64,000 bases of DNA from Macrostomum hystrix (lineage: Eukaryota > Animalia > Platyhelminthes), in contig CATNEN010000029.1 of assembly GCA_950097015.1 (NCBI GenBank), positions 248,001-312,000 of the forward strand, read 5' to 3'. The notes beneath the pieces were generated by a model. It saw only the letters and a program-made list of their open reading frames with translations. It was not told the DNA's origin and did no database searches. A program made the position numbers and the translations under genes. This document shows positions 62,551 to 64,000 of this stretch, in pieces (position 1 is the stretch's first letter; each line of letters starts with the position of its first letter).

Positions 62551-64000
62551 TCATAGTACCGGGGGTACCTCAGCCACTGGTTTCTGCCTCGACTGTCCAG
62601 ACCTAGTGCCGCCTCCGGTGGCCCGCAGCCTCAGTGGCAGCTGGCTTCGGCGACGCAGCCGGAGCCGGAGGAGACGCCTGCAGACGGTCTGGCGGAATGA
62701 GCGCAGCGCGAAGCAGTAGAGCACAAAGTTCAGACTGAAGCCCAGGCACTGCATGCAGTTGGTGACGGCCTCCACAGATTTGTAGTCGGCGTTGGACTCC
62801 AGACTCTCAGCCTGTTCTCCAGATTGGCCGGCGCGAAGTAGCGAGTAGAGCTTCAAGGTCTCGCTGGGCGCCACCAGGACTAAGAAGGTGATAACTATGC
62901 ACACCAGCGTGATGGTTATAGTCACTCCAGGGTGACTGTCCGCTACGAAAGGGTGAGTACAGGTGAGTAAGTCAGGCATATTATTTGCAGAAGGACTATG
63001 GGCACTGAAATTTAGTGGCATTAGACCCACAGCCAGAGATAGGCAATTCTGCATTCCGCTGACTCCTCAGCGAATATGACGTGCGCAGTCATATCCTCTC
63101 TTCCCAAACCCACTCTCCAGCCCCACCGCCAAACGCATGGCGGCTGTCACCGAGCTGCAGAATTTCCGCTTTGCGGTTTTGCAGTCAATTTATCGATCGG
63201 CTGTCTATTAGGGAAACCCTTCTTGCAACTCGGCGGCCCCTGCGAAAATGAGTTGACAAAAATTCAACTCGCGAAGCAGAAATGCAATGCTCCGCACCGA
63301 TCGCAGGTGTCGAGCGCAGTTCTGTGGCCGCCTAAGCTTTAACAGGCGTGCCAAGCGAGTAAACCTCGCTGTACAAGTCTGCATCTCAGATTTATTTTTG
63401 ACGGGACTGGAAAGTGAACGTAAACCCCGTTTTAAGACACCCATTGAATGCGAAAGACAGCTTGTTAGCTTGTGATAAGTCCGACGATGAATGAGGCAAG
63501 GCCTCATTAACCCCCAATTAATGAAAGGGAGTATACAGTCTGGCGATAAAGAAGAAATCTGGTTTCTCAGGCGATCAGAATTGCCCCCACAATGGTTTTG
63601 GATCGACAAGTCACCAAGCGCCCGGTTCCTCATCCTTGCCTGCGGGGCTAGTCGAACTGCTGCCGCGGAATCGGTTGCTTCCGCCGCCGCCGCCCCTGTT
63701 GTTGGTGAGCCGGCGCCGATTTGCAATGGCTCGGCGAACGCTGAGCAGCAGGCGGGCGTTGCAGTACACCAGCACAATTAGCGGCAACACGTTCCCGGCT
63801 AGGGCCCACATCACCCGATAGGCTGTGTCCACCTTTGGGCTGACAATTGCCACGGCCTCGGTGGCGTAGAGCAGCTGCCATTCGGTCCCGGAGTCGCCCA
63901 GGCGGGCTAGGCAGCGTCGAGAGTGCGACGCCCTCAGCATCGGCAAGTTGAACACCGCGGCGAAGACAAAGGCGCCTGTGATGGCCATCCGGCCGCGCCG
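62551..64000 (-). CDS. Class A peptide-type GPCR, 3' part (TM4-TM7 and tail); 5' end lies outside the window
   Basis: An exon running from the window end to about 63640 encodes AFVFAAVFNLPML (TM4) and LAGNVLPLIVLVYCN (TM5). Exon 62942-62551 encodes TLVCIVITFLVLVAPS (TM6) and GFSLNFVLYCF (TM7). The junction between them is inferred. Confidence 0.8.

Overview
This window is metazoan genomic DNA, not prokaryotic. It has GT-AG introns, GC3-rich exons in AT-rich surroundings, tRNA-derived SINEs and about 25 different tandem arrays covering roughly one third of the window. The style resembles a free-living flatworm such as Macrostomum, but the species cannot be proven from sequence alone. Seven protein-coding genes can be reconstructed by hand: an intronless class A peptide-type GPCR (+), two tandem 8-exon SLC23/NAT nucleobase-ascorbate transporter paralogs (-), two tandem 6-exon tetraspanins (-), an HR96/NR1J-type nuclear receptor (-) and the 3' half of a second class A GPCR (-). 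Nearly all long ORFs in the supplied track are artefacts of minisatellites. The most striking signal is in the SLC23 pair. Every long exon (239 nt or more) is about 96-99% identical between the paralogs, every short exon (124 nt or less) is deeply diverged, and the introns are unalignable. This points to exon-length-dependent gene conversion. Exon coordinates come from manual splice-site and phase reconstruction. Repeat boundaries and mismatch counts are by-eye estimates.
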